A stretch of 64,000 nt of DNA, taken from contig JAENYC010000002.1 in the NCBI GenBank assembly GCA_016841945.1, positions 100,275-164,274 of the forward strand. The letters run 5' to 3'. This DNA is from Haloplasma contractile. GTDB lineage: Bacteria; Bacillota_I; Bacilli_A; Haloplasmatales; Haloplasmataceae. Made by a program: the position numbers and the translations under genes. Below the pieces are notes generated by a model. It did not search any database. It saw only the letters and a list, made by a program, of their open reading frames with translations, and was not told the DNA's origin. Within the stretch, counting starts at the first letter, position 1. Every line of letters starts with the position of its first letter. Of the stretch, positions 49,174 to 59,299 are shown piece after piece.

Positions 49174-50181
49174 ATGGGAAATAGACCATTTGTACAAATA
49201 GATAGTAAAAATGAAATTAAATCTTTGTATAAACATTTAGAAAAAACACTTCCAACTCTAATTAAATATGAAGGAGTAATAGGAATTACACTGAATGGAG
49301 GGATGTCAAGAGGTTATGCTGATTACTTATCGGAAATTGATTTGACATTGTACTTAAACGCACATACATATAAAGAATGGACAACTAGTTTAGCACCAAT
49401 AACTCTTGGAATATCCAAAATTAACGGAATTTTATATGATATAAAAATTATTAATATTGAAGATGAAAAGGAACGAAAATGGACTGATATTGATCAATGG
49501 GATTACTCATATACTAAAATTTTATATGATCCTTATTCGGAAGTTAAAAGTTTATTCAAGTCAAAACAAATACATCACATAGATATTAGTCAAGTTGAAC
49601 ATATCTTGTTTAGTTGTTGGTGGAATTATCGGTTAGCAGGTGATATTTGGATTTATCGAGGTGATGTTATACAGGGGCATATAATGTTAAATGAAGCTGT
49701 TGAACAATTAGTTAAGGCTTTATTTATTGCTAATCAAGAGTGGATTCCACATAAAAAATGGTTAATACATATGAGTAGAAGTTTAAACTGGAAACCAAAT
49801 AACTGGGATGATCGGTTAAATCAATCCATGCTATCTGACCATACAATCAAAAGTTTAAAAGATAGACAGACAGTTATTGATAGATTATGGATTGAAATTG
49901 ATAACTATATAAGAAATAAATATTTTAAGAATTTACCAATACCTGTAATGTATAAGTATTTTTATGATCTTATGAGAGACTTAGTAGAACATGAATGGAT
50001 AACAATAGATGAATGGAAAGAAAAGACTAGCCTTGAGATGTTGAATATTGATCCTTTTCATAAAATAGTTTCTATTCAAGAAAACAAAATAATCCTAGAC
50101 CGAAATAAACTATTATCATTAAAGCCACAGTCAATGTATGCCTGGTATTATAAGATAGTTGAAACTATTAATAAGAGATAA
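49174..50181 (+). CDS. nucleotidyltransferase-domain (Pol-beta superfamily) protein
   Basis: NTase signature LNGGMSRGYADYLSEIDLTLYL (G[GS]x9-13 DxD). Confidence 0.5.
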   Translation: MGNRPFVQIDSKNEIKSLYKHLEKTLPTLIKYEGVIGITLNGGMSRGYADYLSEIDLTLYLNAHTYKEWTTSLAPITLGISKINGILYDIKIINIEDEKERKWTDIDQWDYSYTKILYDPYSEVKSLFKSKQIHHIDISQVEHILFSCWWNYRLAGDIWIYRGDVIQGHIMLNEAVEQLVKALFIANQEWIPHKKWLIHMSRSLNWKPNNWDDRLNQSMLSDHTIKSLKDRQTVIDRLWIEIDNYIRNKYFKNLPIPVMYKYFYDLMRDLVEHEWITIDEWKEKTSLEMLNIDPFHKIVSIQENKIILDRNKLLSLKPQSMYAWYYKIVETINKR

Positions 50182-50238
50182 CATGGTAAAAAATATGTAG
50201 TTATCAATAGACGTGTTTTTATATGAAATATACAGAGT

Positions 50239-50272
50239 AAAAAAAATCTACTATTTCAGTAGATTTTTTTTA
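50239..50272. terminator. bidirectional terminator AAAAAAATCTACT-atttc-AGTAGATTTTTTTT
   Basis: Read directly. Confidence 0.7.
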
Positions 50273-50278
50273 CTATAT

Positions 50279-51520
50279 TTATACATCAATTTTTTGAATG
50301 GCTCTAATTCTATATGCAGTAGGTGGATGAGAATACTTAATCGCCACAAATAGTGGATGTGGTGTTAAGTTTGCAAAATTTTCTCTGGATAGAATTTTAA
50401 GGGCTTCTTGCATCTCATTTTTATAACCATTAATGGTTGCATATCTATCTGCTTGATATTCAAAACGTCTTGAAATAGGACTGGTAATGGCTTCAATAAT
50501 AATAGAAATAGGTGAGAGTAACAACATAAAAATAATGAGACCAAATCCAAAGTTTACATTATTAAAACCAAAGGTTTGACTTAATGTATTGACTGAATAT
50601 AGTAAGACAAATAGAAAGAGTGAGATTTGAATTAACATCATAAATAGATTTTTTATAATATGTTTGTGTTTTGAATGTCCGATTTCATGGGCAAGAACAC
50701 TGACGATTTGATCCGTATTCATTTTATCTAATAATGTATCGAATAATACCACTTGTTTCATTTTACCAAACCCAGAAAAGAAAGCATTCAGTTTTGTCGA
50801 ACGTTTTGATGCATCAATGATACTTATTTTTGATATTTCATATCCTACATTTTCTGCAAACTCAACTATTTTGTCTTTTAGTTCGCCATCTTCTAAAGGT
50901 CTTAATTTATTAAATATTGGTACAAAAAGTTTAACATAAAATAGATTTATAAACAATATGATGGCAATGATTGCTAGCCATGCGAAAAGATAAAAGGTGT
51001 CTCCTGTATTCTTATATAGTGATAATAATAATGTGATTAAACCTCCACCTAAAATAATGGTTAGAATAATCGCTTTTATCTTATCACCAATAAATGTCTT
51101 GATTGTTGACTTATTAAAACCGTATCTTTCTTCAATACTAAATTGTCTGTAGTAAGAAAAGAAAATGCCTATTATAAAATCAATGAGTCCGTATATACCT
51201 AAGAAGATTAATGTTTGTAAATAAATGGATGATGACAAATTACTCGCCAGTTTAAAGAATATAGGAAATACTTCAAATAGTAAAAAACAAATGATAACGA
51301 CAAGATTTACTAATTTAGATATCATTGACAACCTAAAGTTTTCCATATTATACTGATGCCATTTTTGATACTCATCTTCATCATATACATCTTTTACTTC
51401 TTCTGGAATTTTAGCATCTTTGTTTCTGTAATTTAATATAGATAAAAAAGAATCAAAGATAAACGTAACGATAATTAAACTTAAAATAAAAATTTCCATT
51501 ATATCCCTCCTATTATTCAT
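50279..51520 (-). CDS. M48-family (Ste24/HtpX-like) zinc metalloprotease
   Basis: HEIGH zinc motif (VLAHEIGHSKHKH). N-terminal multi-TM region. About 410 aa, typical of Ste24-like CAAX proteases. Confidence 0.8.
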   Translation of the reverse strand: MNNRRDIMEIFILSLIIVTFIFDSFLSILNYRNKDAKIPEEVKDVYDEDEYQKWHQYNMENFRLSMISKLVNLVVIICFLLFEVFPIFFKLASNLSSSIYLQTLIFLGIYGLIDFIIGIFFSYYRQFSIEERYGFNKSTIKTFIGDKIKAIILTIILGGGLITLLLSLYKNTGDTFYLFAWLAIIAIILFINLFYVKLFVPIFNKLRPLEDGELKDKIVEFAENVGYEISKISIIDASKRSTKLNAFFSGFGKMKQVVLFDTLLDKMNTDQIVSVLAHEIGHSKHKHIIKNLFMMLIQISLFLFVLLYSVNTLSQTFGFNNVNFGFGLIIFMLLLSPISIIIEAITSPISRRFEYQADRYATINGYKNEMQEALKILSRENFANLTPHPLFVAIKYSHPPTAYRIRAIQKIDV

Positions 51521-51589
51521 ATTTTAACATATTTATCAATATATTGTAATAATTTAATGCGTAAATTATTGACCTATGGAGGTGAGAAT

Positions 51590-51997
51590 ATGGGCGCTTG
51601 GGGTATTGGAATATTTGAAGATGATGCAGCTTTAGATATATTAGATGAAATTAATGATATGGATGAAGATATTGTTGAATTTATGCAGCAAATATTTGAT
51701 TATGCGATGAAAAACAGTTATTTAGATTATGATGAAAGTGTGAGTATCGTCGTATGTTCAGCTTTAATTGATTATAAAATTAATAAGACTTATTATGAAA
51801 TACTCATAGAAGATTATGAAGAATTAATTTTATTAATTGAACAGACAGAGATTGAGCTATTAAGTAATGAAGCAGTTGAAGCCTTACGTGTTGTCATATC
51901 AGAGAAATCAGAATTAAGCGAACTGTGGAAAGAAAATGATGATGACTATCCAAAATGGAGAAAAAATATGTTACAATTAATCAATAGATTAACATAA
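51590..51997 (+). CDS. DUF4259-domain protein
   Basis: GGAGGTGA SD before ATG 51590. N-terminal GAWGIGIFEDDAALDILDE is the DUF4259 signature. Confidence 0.55.
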   Translation: MGAWGIGIFEDDAALDILDEINDMDEDIVEFMQQIFDYAMKNSYLDYDESVSIVVCSALIDYKINKTYYEILIEDYEELILLIEQTEIELLSNEAVEALRVVISEKSELSELWKENDDDYPKWRKNMLQLINRLT

Positions 51998-52010
51998 TTA
52001 GGAGGAAAAA

Positions 52011-52499
52011 ATGGAAGTCATTAAAGGTGATATTACCAAAATAAAAGTTGATGCAATTGTCAATGCAGCCAATAATCGTTTATTAGGTGGAGACGGTGTA
52101 GATGGTGCAATTCATAAAGCAGGTGGTAAAGAAATATTAGAAGAATGTATAAAAATAGGAGGTTGCCCTACTGGCAAAGCTGTTGTCACAACGGCTGGAT
52201 TATTAGATGCTAAGTATGTCATTCATACCGTTGGGCCAGTATGGCATGATGGATGCCATCATGAAGAAACATTATTAAGAAATTGTTATGTGAATAGTAT
52301 AGAACTGGCGTTAAAATACAATTGTCAATCCATTGCCTTTCCTAATATCAGTACAGGTATTTATCGTTTTCCTAAAGAGAAAGCAGCTCAAATTGCTTTA
52401 GATGCGATAAGACCATATATGGACAAAATCAAGATATTATTTGTTTGTTTTGATGATAAAAACTATGAACTATATAGGAGTTTAAAAGACAATGAGTAA
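52011..52499 (+). CDS. macro-domain protein (O-acetyl-ADP-ribose deacetylase, YmdB-like)
   Basis: GDIT..KVDAIVNAANNRLLGGDGVDGAIHKAGG matches the macro-domain nucleotide-binding motifs. Confidence 0.85.
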   Translation: MEVIKGDITKIKVDAIVNAANNRLLGGDGVDGAIHKAGGKEILEECIKIGGCPTGKAVVTTAGLLDAKYVIHTVGPVWHDGCHHEETLLRNCYVNSIELALKYNCQSIAFPNISTGIYRFPKEKAAQIALDAIRPYMDKIKILFVCFDDKNYELYRSLKDNE

Positions 52500-53043
52500 G
52501 ATGTATGAAACTAAACGACTATATTTAAAAAAACTTGATAAAGAGTATGGAAAAATGGTTTTGGATTATTATATAAGAAATCAAGAATTCCTAGATAAAT
52601 GGGAAAGCAAAAAGCCTAAACATTTTTATTTTTTAAAATATCAAGAAGAACAATTAGAAAAAAACTTAGAAGACATTAAAAAAGGAAATCTATTAAAGCT
52701 ATGGTTATTTGAAAAAGAAAAACAAAACAAAATAATTGGTTGTATCAGCTTTAACAATATCATTAGAGGTCCATTTTTATCATGTTTTTTAAGTTATAAA
52801 CTAGATAAAGATAAAACAAATCAAGGTTACATGACAGAAGCAGTTAAAAAGGCTATTGAAATTGCCTTTTGTCATTTAAAATTACACCGAATAGAAGCCA
52901 ATATCATGCCTAAAAACAAAAGTTCAATACGAGTTGTGTCGAAATGTGGTTTTAATTATGAAGGAATTAGTGAAAAATATTTAAAAATAAATGGGAAATG
53001 GGAAGATCATATTCATATGGTTTTATTAAATCCTAACCTATAA
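52492..53043 (+). CDS. GNAT-family N-acetyltransferase (RimJ/RimL-like)
   Basis: Overlaps the macro gene stop. Acetyl-CoA binding region IEANIMPKNKSSIRVVSKCGFNYEG. Confidence 0.7.
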   Translation: MSKMYETKRLYLKKLDKEYGKMVLDYYIRNQEFLDKWESKKPKHFYFLKYQEEQLEKNLEDIKKGNLLKLWLFEKEKQNKIIGCISFNNIIRGPFLSCFLSYKLDKDKTNQGYMTEAVKKAIEIAFCHLKLHRIEANIMPKNKSSIRVVSKCGFNYEGISEKYLKINGKWEDHIHMVLLNPNL

Positions 53044-53117
53044 CAAAAATACCCATAGATGACACTTTATTACAAAGCGTCTACTCTATGGGTATCATTT
53101 CATTTTTTGACCTTTTT

Positions 53118-53615
53118 TTATTTAGTATGAGCAATTCTACTTGCAGCAGCAGCTGCGATTCCCCCTATAATATCATCTAAAAAAGTATTGCATTTCCCTT
53201 TTGCTTTTCCTTCTCTATCTATTTCACCAATTCTTCCGAGTTTTACTTTGTCAACATATCCAAAATTAGTTAAACCGATAGAACCATATACATTCACAAT
53301 GGAATAAGCAAGTACTTCGTCAATACCATATAATGAAAAATCATTTAATAAAATGGAACGAAGTGGTTCTTCAATATGTCCTTCTTCAGCTAATTTATCT
53401 ATTGCGATACCTGTTAATACAGTATTAATCACTTCTCTTTTATTTAAGACCATTTCAACATTTTCTAAACATTCATCTATCGTTAAATCTTCATAATATT
53501 TTTGTTGGAGTAAATAAGTAATATTCGCGATATCAAGAAGGGTGACCCCTCTTTCTTCAAGTAGTGCAATTGCTTTTTTTCTAATGATGTCATAATCAAA
53601 ATCCATCCCTTTCAC
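53118..53615 (-). CDS. phosphatidylglycerophosphatase A-family protein (YutG-like)
   Basis: C-terminus NTFLDDIIGGIAAAAASRIAH resembles the PgpA DDIVAG motif. Overall similar to B. subtilis YutG (166 aa). Confidence 0.6.
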   Translation of the reverse strand: MKGMDFDYDIIRKKAIALLEERGVTLLDIANITYLLQQKYYEDLTIDECLENVEMVLNKREVINTVLTGIAIDKLAEEGHIEEPLRSILLNDFSLYGIDEVLAYSIVNVYGSIGLTNFGYVDKVKLGRIGEIDREGKAKGKCNTFLDDIIGGIAAAAASRIAHTK

Positions 53616-53757
53616 CTCTCTTAATAAAAAATCTAAAAAATAGTTGGAAATCTATTATACCATATTCATATAAATAATCAACTATAAAATTAAAAAGTTA
53701 TTGTTTTATATATTATAATATGTTAAGAATGGTAATTTGTAGAAGATATAAAGATAA

Positions 53758-53788
53758 TAAAATCCAGATAAATTTATCTGGATTTTGT
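53758..53788. terminator. bidirectional hairpin AAATCCAGATAAA|TTTATCTGGATTT
   Basis: Read directly. Ends the minus-strand ABC operon. Confidence 0.6.
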
Positions 53789-53794
53789 AATTAA

Positions 53795-54892
53795 TTATGT
53801 ATTACTCTGTTGAATAACATCTATCCAGTCCATCTTCTTGGTGTATTTTTTTACAGGAAAATAGGTCAATAAGAAGATGATAATGGATAATATAATGGAA
53901 AAGTATATGATGCCTGGTTCGAAGATACGATAAGGGATGCCACGGTCTACACAGTACAAGTGATGGAAAAGGGTCATGATTAATTGTCCTAATAGAATAC
54001 CACCAACTAATCCGACTGAGATGATAATACTAAGTTCCTTCATCATCCGTCTTAGAATAAACCGTTCAGAATATCCAACTGCTTGTAAAATCGCAAATTC
54101 ACTTAATCGCTCAGTAAAATAGACTTTATTTAAGTTACTAACAGATGTTGTCACTTCGATTGCGGTGATGATGAGTATGAGAAAACCAACTGCCTTTAGT
54201 AAATAGAAGATATTATCGATGATTTCTATTATATTATCTCTATCAGTACTGATAGAGATTTCATCATATGTCTTAAGATGATTGTAAAAATCATTTATTT
54301 TATCAGTTTCAATTTTAAATATATACCCATTAGATACTATATTTTGACTTATAAATACATTCGCTTTTCCTTCATAAACACCAGTGATTTTAAATCTTTT
54401 TGGTAACATTTCTTCTATACCAATATAATCTCCTACAGTTTTATTCATTCCATTACTTAATTCTTGTGATATAAGAATTTCGTCATTATTCTCAGGAAAT
54501 CTACCATCAGTTATTGTCCCATCAACACTATCAAGAATATATGGCATATCCTCTTCTTCAGATTCAAATATCCAGGCAAAGGAATTAAAGACGATGAGTT
54601 TGCCCATTCCTTCTGAAGATGCACTACCTTGAATTTCTCTCTCTATACCTTCTAACTGTCTTATTTCAGTTAATATCTCCTGTTGTCTTGTTTCTGAGAC
54701 ATTGGTTTTAAAAGAAAAAGATGAGTAATTTTCTAATACCATATTAGAACTTTTATTTAATCCATAGCCAACCGCGAATCCAATGGAACATAAGAATATG
54801 AATAATGCGATTTTTATAATTAATAATATAATTTGTGGTGACACTTGTTTGATACTTAATAAAATATAATTTCTTAAATTAAGTGGTTTCAT
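53795..54892 (-). CDS. ABC transporter permease, FtsX-like (MacB-type)
   Basis: N-terminal TM, a large extracellular domain, then a C-terminal 3-TM FtsX-like bundle. Confidence 0.65.
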   Translation of the reverse strand: MKPLNLRNYILLSIKQVSPQIILLIIKIALFIFLCSIGFAVGYGLNKSSNMVLENYSSFSFKTNVSETRQQEILTEIRQLEGIEREIQGSASSEGMGKLIVFNSFAWIFESEEEDMPYILDSVDGTITDGRFPENNDEILISQELSNGMNKTVGDYIGIEEMLPKRFKITGVYEGKANVFISQNIVSNGYIFKIETDKINDFYNHLKTYDEISISTDRDNIIEIIDNIFYLLKAVGFLILIITAIEVTTSVSNLNKVYFTERLSEFAILQAVGYSERFILRRMMKELSIIISVGLVGGILLGQLIMTLFHHLYCVDRGIPYRIFEPGIIYFSIILSIIIFLLTYFPVKKYTKKMDWIDVIQQSNT

Positions 54893-55564
54893 CTAATCAC
54901 CTATTTCTTTCTTATCTTTAACTTCTCCATCCCAAATATGGATGATTTCATCTGCTTCTTTTAATATACTAGGGTCATGTGTGACAACAATTAAGGTTGC
55001 ACCATCACGATATTTATCAATGACTTTCATCGCTTTTTTAGCACTTTTATGATCGAGTGAAGCGGTTATTTCATCAGCAAATATGACCTTTGGATGATTA
55101 ATCAGTGCTCTTGCGATAGCCACGCGTTGACATTGTCCACCACTTAATTGATAAGGTTTTTTATATATATGAGCAGATAATCCTAACTCGTTTAGAATCG
55201 TTTTAGCTCGGTTGACGTATTTAACCTCACTAGAATTAACTGGAACTAACACATTTTGTAAGATGTTTAAATAATTAATTAAGAAATGTTTTTGAAAGAT
55301 AAAACCAAAATCTTGTTTTCTAAGTTGTGCTAATTTTTCATTACCAATATTATTTAGTAACTGTTCATGGTAGTATACTTCTCCACTTGTTGGTTTTTTT
55401 AACGCACTTAATATATATAGTAATGAACTTTTTCCACTTCCTGATGGACCTAATATACCATAAAACTTTTCTTTTTCTAGTTTTAAAGATATACCTTTTA
55501 GGGCATAGGTTTGAGATTCTTTTTTTAAATCATATATTAAATTTACATTATTAATTTTAAACAT
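54893..55564 (-). CDS. ABC transporter ATP-binding protein (MacB/LolD-like)
   Basis: Start at ATG 55564 (MFKINNVNL) after GAAGGAGAG. The track start 55594 lies in the upstream gene. Walker A GPSGSGKSSLL. Signature LSGGQCQRVAIARAL. Confidence 0.85.
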   Translation of the reverse strand: MFKINNVNLIYDLKKESQTYALKGISLKLEKEKFYGILGPSGSGKSSLLYILSALKKPTSGEVYYHEQLLNNIGNEKLAQLRKQDFGFIFQKHFLINYLNILQNVLVPVNSSEVKYVNRAKTILNELGLSAHIYKKPYQLSGGQCQRVAIARALINHPKVIFADEITASLDHKSAKKAMKVIDKYRDGATLIVVTHDPSILKEADEIIHIWDGEVKDKKEIGD

Positions 55565-55565
55565 A

Positions 55566-56672
55566 TTATATCTCTCCTTCAATAATCGATACACTATCGA
55601 TTTTTCTTAATAATATCCATGTTGGTACTAATGAAAATACTGAAGTAAAAAGTGGGATAACGATAATTCGTGATATTAGTTTAACATCTAAATGGAATAT
55701 AGGTACCCCCGCAGGAATTAGTAGTATTGTATTAATTAAATATTTCTCAATAATCAACAACAATAAACTAAAGATAAATGCGATAATAGAAGTAATAATG
55801 ATTTCTTGGTTAATTCTCAATAATATCTTTCTATCACTATACCCTAATGAGCTTAATACCCCAAATTCTTTACGTCTTTGGAAATAGTGCACATAGGTTG
55901 AAATACCAAGCCCTATTCCTATACTTATTAAAATAATGATGGTGACAATATTAAATAAATAACTAACATCACCAGTTACATTTTCTACTACACTATCCCA
56001 ATATTCATTATCATATACTTTATAAGTAGTACGTAAGTTTTCTTTTAAGAACAGGTTGACTTCCTCTAATTTATTTTCTTTTGGGACAATGAGATAACCA
56101 TTACTTCTTTCAATCAGTTCATCAATATAAATGTCATTTAAAATTTCTTGATTTGTAGGTATGAATCCAAGTAAATAATCGGATTTAAATCCTTTATTTA
56201 CTATCATTTTTTGATTATGTACAGTGATTTCCTCCCCAATTTTATATTCATTATTAATAAGAAGTCGTTCATCACTAATCAACTCATTTAAATTATTTTC
56301 AGGAATTTTTGATTGATCAAATTCAATATGAAGTAAATTCATGATATAGATAACATCATCTCTATCCATGATATATACTTCTCCACTAGAATTTATTGCC
56401 ATACCTTGAAATAATATAAAATTACTTCGTACTCGAATGACTCTATCGATATCAGGGTGTTGTTCAATTGTTTCATCTATTTCCTCACCATTTGTATCGA
56501 TAAAAGTCATCCTATCATATTGTTTAGAGGTAATTTTAGCCAAATCAATTGAATTGGTTAAAAACATATGGATGCTTCCTATTAATAAGATAGAAAAAAC
56601 AATTGATAGAATAAGTGAAAATACCTTTTTATGATTACCTTTTATATATTGAAGATAACTTAACGGTTTCAT
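55566..56672 (-). CDS. ABC transporter permease, FtsX-like
   Basis: Same architecture as 53795..54892. RBS AAGAAGGGAG. Confidence 0.65.
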   Translation of the reverse strand: MKPLSYLQYIKGNHKKVFSLILSIVFSILLIGSIHMFLTNSIDLAKITSKQYDRMTFIDTNGEEIDETIEQHPDIDRVIRVRSNFILFQGMAINSSGEVYIMDRDDVIYIMNLLHIEFDQSKIPENNLNELISDERLLINNEYKIGEEITVHNQKMIVNKGFKSDYLLGFIPTNQEILNDIYIDELIERSNGYLIVPKENKLEEVNLFLKENLRTTYKVYDNEYWDSVVENVTGDVSYLFNIVTIIILISIGIGLGISTYVHYFQRRKEFGVLSSLGYSDRKILLRINQEIIITSIIAFIFSLLLLIIEKYLINTILLIPAGVPIFHLDVKLISRIIVIPLFTSVFSLVPTWILLRKIDSVSIIEGEI

Positions 56673-56723
56673 TTTATATCTCCCTTCTTTGTTTAACTAC
56701 TGTTATTATATAGAATAGATGGT

Positions 56724-56770
56724 CATAAAAGAAAGTAACCCTTAGTCATGTTTTTCTATGACTAAGGGTT
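56724..56770 (-). terminator. strong terminator for the two-component operon (AACCCTTAGTCAT-8 nt-ATGACTAAGGGTT; T-run on the minus side)
   Basis: Read directly. Confidence 0.7.
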
Positions 56771-56778
56771 ATATTAAT

Positions 56779-57411
56779 TTAAAAATTATTTTTTATCAGT
56801 TCAATAAGTGATGTTCTATCGCTCATATTAGTTTTATTATAGATGCTTGATATATAGTTTTTGACTGTTCCTTCTGAAATAAATAAAGCATTGGCAATTT
56901 GTTTATTTGTAAAACCATCTTTAATTAAATCGATGATTTCTAATTCTCTTTGGGTTAAATGATAATGCTTGATCTCATCTTTTCTCTTCTCTTGATTGAT
57001 CAATTTCTTTGCGAGAACTTGTGCAACTTTTCCTGGCATCATATATTCACCAGCATATACATCTCTAATATTTGTGATAAGTTGCTCGTATTCTATATCT
57101 TTAAATAAATAACCATTTGCCCCTTGGCCGATGGCTTCTACAATATAATCTTCATCAAAAAAAGTGGTCAACATTAAAAGTTTTATATCTTGATTAAAAC
57201 GTCTAATTTCTTTTACCGCTTCTACGCCATTTAATTTAGGCATGCGAATATCTAAAAGCATCACGTCTATCCTATATTTTCTACATAGTTCTACTGCTTC
57301 TTTTCCATCTTCGCCTAATGCGACAACATCAATATCATCATATTGGCTTAATATGATTTTTAAACCATCCCTCATTAAACTTTGATCATCAACAATTGCT
57401 AGTTTTATCAT
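56779..57411 (-). CDS. response regulator, NarL/LuxR family
   Basis: Receiver domain MIKLAIVDDQSLMRDGLKI...DVMLLDIRMP. C-terminal LuxR HTH LTQRELEIIDLIKDGFTNKQIANALFISEGTVKNY. Confidence 0.9.
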   Translation of the reverse strand: MIKLAIVDDQSLMRDGLKIILSQYDDIDVVALGEDGKEAVELCRKYRIDVMLLDIRMPKLNGVEAVKEIRRFNQDIKLLMLTTFFDEDYIVEAIGQGANGYLFKDIEYEQLITNIRDVYAGEYMMPGKVAQVLAKKLINQEKRKDEIKHYHLTQRELEIIDLIKDGFTNKQIANALFISEGTVKNYISSIYNKTNMSDRTSLIELIKNNF

Positions 57412-57422
57412 CGTTTTCTCCT

Positions 57423-58583
57423 TTATAATGGTATGGATACATGGATCCCAAATCCATTTTTTGCTCCGTATTCAAAACTTATTGAACCATTTAATTCTTT
57501 TACGCGTTCTTCCATCGCATTTAAACCAAATCCCTTATTAAATATGGTCATGCCATGACCATTATTATCTAACGTTAGGATTAGGCTTTTTTTATTTACT
57601 AAAACATTTAATAAAAAAGATGTTGCTTGACCATGTTTAATGCCATTAGTAATCCCTTCTTGTATAATTCGATAAATACAACTTAGAACTTTTTGCGGAA
57701 GATTGTTTAGTTCCTTATCTAATTGATACCTGATTTTTATATCAGTATGGGTAATGGTATGGTCAATTAAGTCTTTTATTTCTTTCATATAATCAATATT
57801 ATCTTTAAGAGTTTTAACCGAAGTTCTTAAATCTTGTAAACCTTTTCTAACGAGTTCAATTGCGCCTTTAAGTTTTTGACTTACTCCTTTTTCTTTCTTT
57901 TCAACCATCATTTTTCCTAATTCTAATTCTATTAATGCAGTGGTTAGAGTATGACCCACCGTATCATGCATATCTCTTGCGATTTGATTGCGTTCTTTTA
58001 TTATGGTCAAGACTTCTAATTGATTATATGCTTTTAACAATCGATTGTGTGTTCGTTCAATATCTAGCTTTTTTAAAGTTAGTTCTGACTGCATATTTTC
58101 TAATTTTTCATTTTGTTTCATCAAACTAATCATTAACATGATAATGACCATATTAAGAGAAAAAATCGCAAGTTCTCTAGAGATCGTTTCTATGATTAAC
58201 CTTGTATTCTTTAAATGATAAGTACTTAAAAATAGATGAAGAAGAGTAATACAACTGTATATGATTATAGAAATATACTTTCTATATACTCTAAAAATTT
58301 GAAATAGCACGATAAAATAGAAGTTACGGATACTCATACCAGTACCATAGAGATTTATATAAACAATCATTGAGATAGATAGGGTGGTTAAAATAGAAAA
58401 AAGAAGGATTTTATCTTTGTTTCGGACTAGAAAGATTTCAGTATAAATCATTAAACCAATGACGATACTTAATAATATCAACATCGTTTCTAGATTTGAA
58501 ATATTTTCCCATAACGTTATAAATAAATTAATAAATATAATACCAATTATTATATAGATTATTCTTTCATCTATTTTTGTCAT
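57423..58583 (-). CDS. sensor histidine kinase, HisKA_3 (NarL/DesK/LiaS-type)
   Basis: 5 or more N-terminal TM helices. H-box ERNQIARDMHDTVGHTLT. HATPase_c G-boxes (DNGHGM, GFGLNAMEERV). Confidence 0.85.
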   Translation of the reverse strand: MTKIDERIIYIIIGIIFINLFITLWENISNLETMLILLSIVIGLMIYTEIFLVRNKDKILLFSILTTLSISMIVYINLYGTGMSIRNFYFIVLFQIFRVYRKYISIIIYSCITLLHLFLSTYHLKNTRLIIETISRELAIFSLNMVIIMLMISLMKQNEKLENMQSELTLKKLDIERTHNRLLKAYNQLEVLTIIKERNQIARDMHDTVGHTLTTALIELELGKMMVEKKEKGVSQKLKGAIELVRKGLQDLRTSVKTLKDNIDYMKEIKDLIDHTITHTDIKIRYQLDKELNNLPQKVLSCIYRIIQEGITNGIKHGQATSFLLNVLVNKKSLILTLDNNGHGMTIFNKGFGLNAMEERVKELNGSISFEYGAKNGFGIHVSIPL

Positions 58584-58724
58584 ATATAGTCCCTCATTTT
58601 TATCATTTATTATATTATAGACTCTTTTGCATCATTTATCAATGATTGAAAGATCGCTATTAAAGCATAATTGTTGAAAAAATTTAGATATATGTTACAC
58701 TAATACGAAATAAGGAGGGATTTC

Positions 58725-58937
58725 ATGTATTTACTTATTGAAAAAGATTGTTTTTGTGAAATGAATGTTTCAGATGATTTACACAATCTATTTAAGTTCG
58801 AATCGCCTTATAACAAAAATGAGCGGAAGATTATCAAACGAATAAAACAATTGTTACAACGGAAAAATAATTATACAAAAGATCGTTTTATTCAAGAATT
58901 TAATCGATTTGGTGAATATGAAATTGTTTACGTATAA
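58725..58937 (+). CDS. small hypothetical protein (70 aa) immediately upstream of the encapsulin operon
   Basis: RBS AAGGAGGGA. No recognisable motif. Confidence 0.4.
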   Translation: MYLLIEKDCFCEMNVSDDLHNLFKFESPYNKNERKIIKRIKQLLQRKNNYTKDRFIQEFNRFGEYEIVYV

Positions 58938-58959
58938 AAACTAAATGAAAAGGAGTGAA

Positions 58960-59295
58960 ATGATGAGTGATTATCATGAAGATGTAAAATTACTAGATGA
59001 AAAAACGAAGGATTGTGCAAGAGCACTTAATAGTTTAAAAGAAGAAGTTGAAGCGGTTGATTGGTATCATCAACGGATGAGTGCATCGAAAAATGAAAAT
59101 TTAATCAAAATATTAAAGCATAATCGCGATGAAGAAATTGAACATGCCTGTATGATGATAGAATGGCTAAGACGTAATATGGATGGATGGGATGAACAAT
59201 TAAAAACATTCTTATTTAAGAATGAACCCATTACAGAAATTGAGGATGAGATGGAAGAAGAGTGCGATTCATTAAAAATTGGAAATTTAAAGTAA
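58960..59295 (+). CDS. encapsulated ferritin-like protein (EncFtn) cargo with C-terminal encapsulin-targeting peptide
   Basis: AGGAG SD before ATG 58960/58963 (track start 58945). EEVEAVDWYHQR...HNRDEEIEHACMMIEWLRRN matches the EncFtn di-iron motifs. The C-terminal DSLKIGNLK matches the family-1 cargo-loading peptide consensus (SLxIGxLK). Confidence 0.85.
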   Translation: MMSDYHEDVKLLDEKTKDCARALNSLKEEVEAVDWYHQRMSASKNENLIKILKHNRDEEIEHACMMIEWLRRNMDGWDEQLKTFLFKNEPITEIEDEMEEECDSLKIGNLK

Positions 59296-59299
59296 AGGA

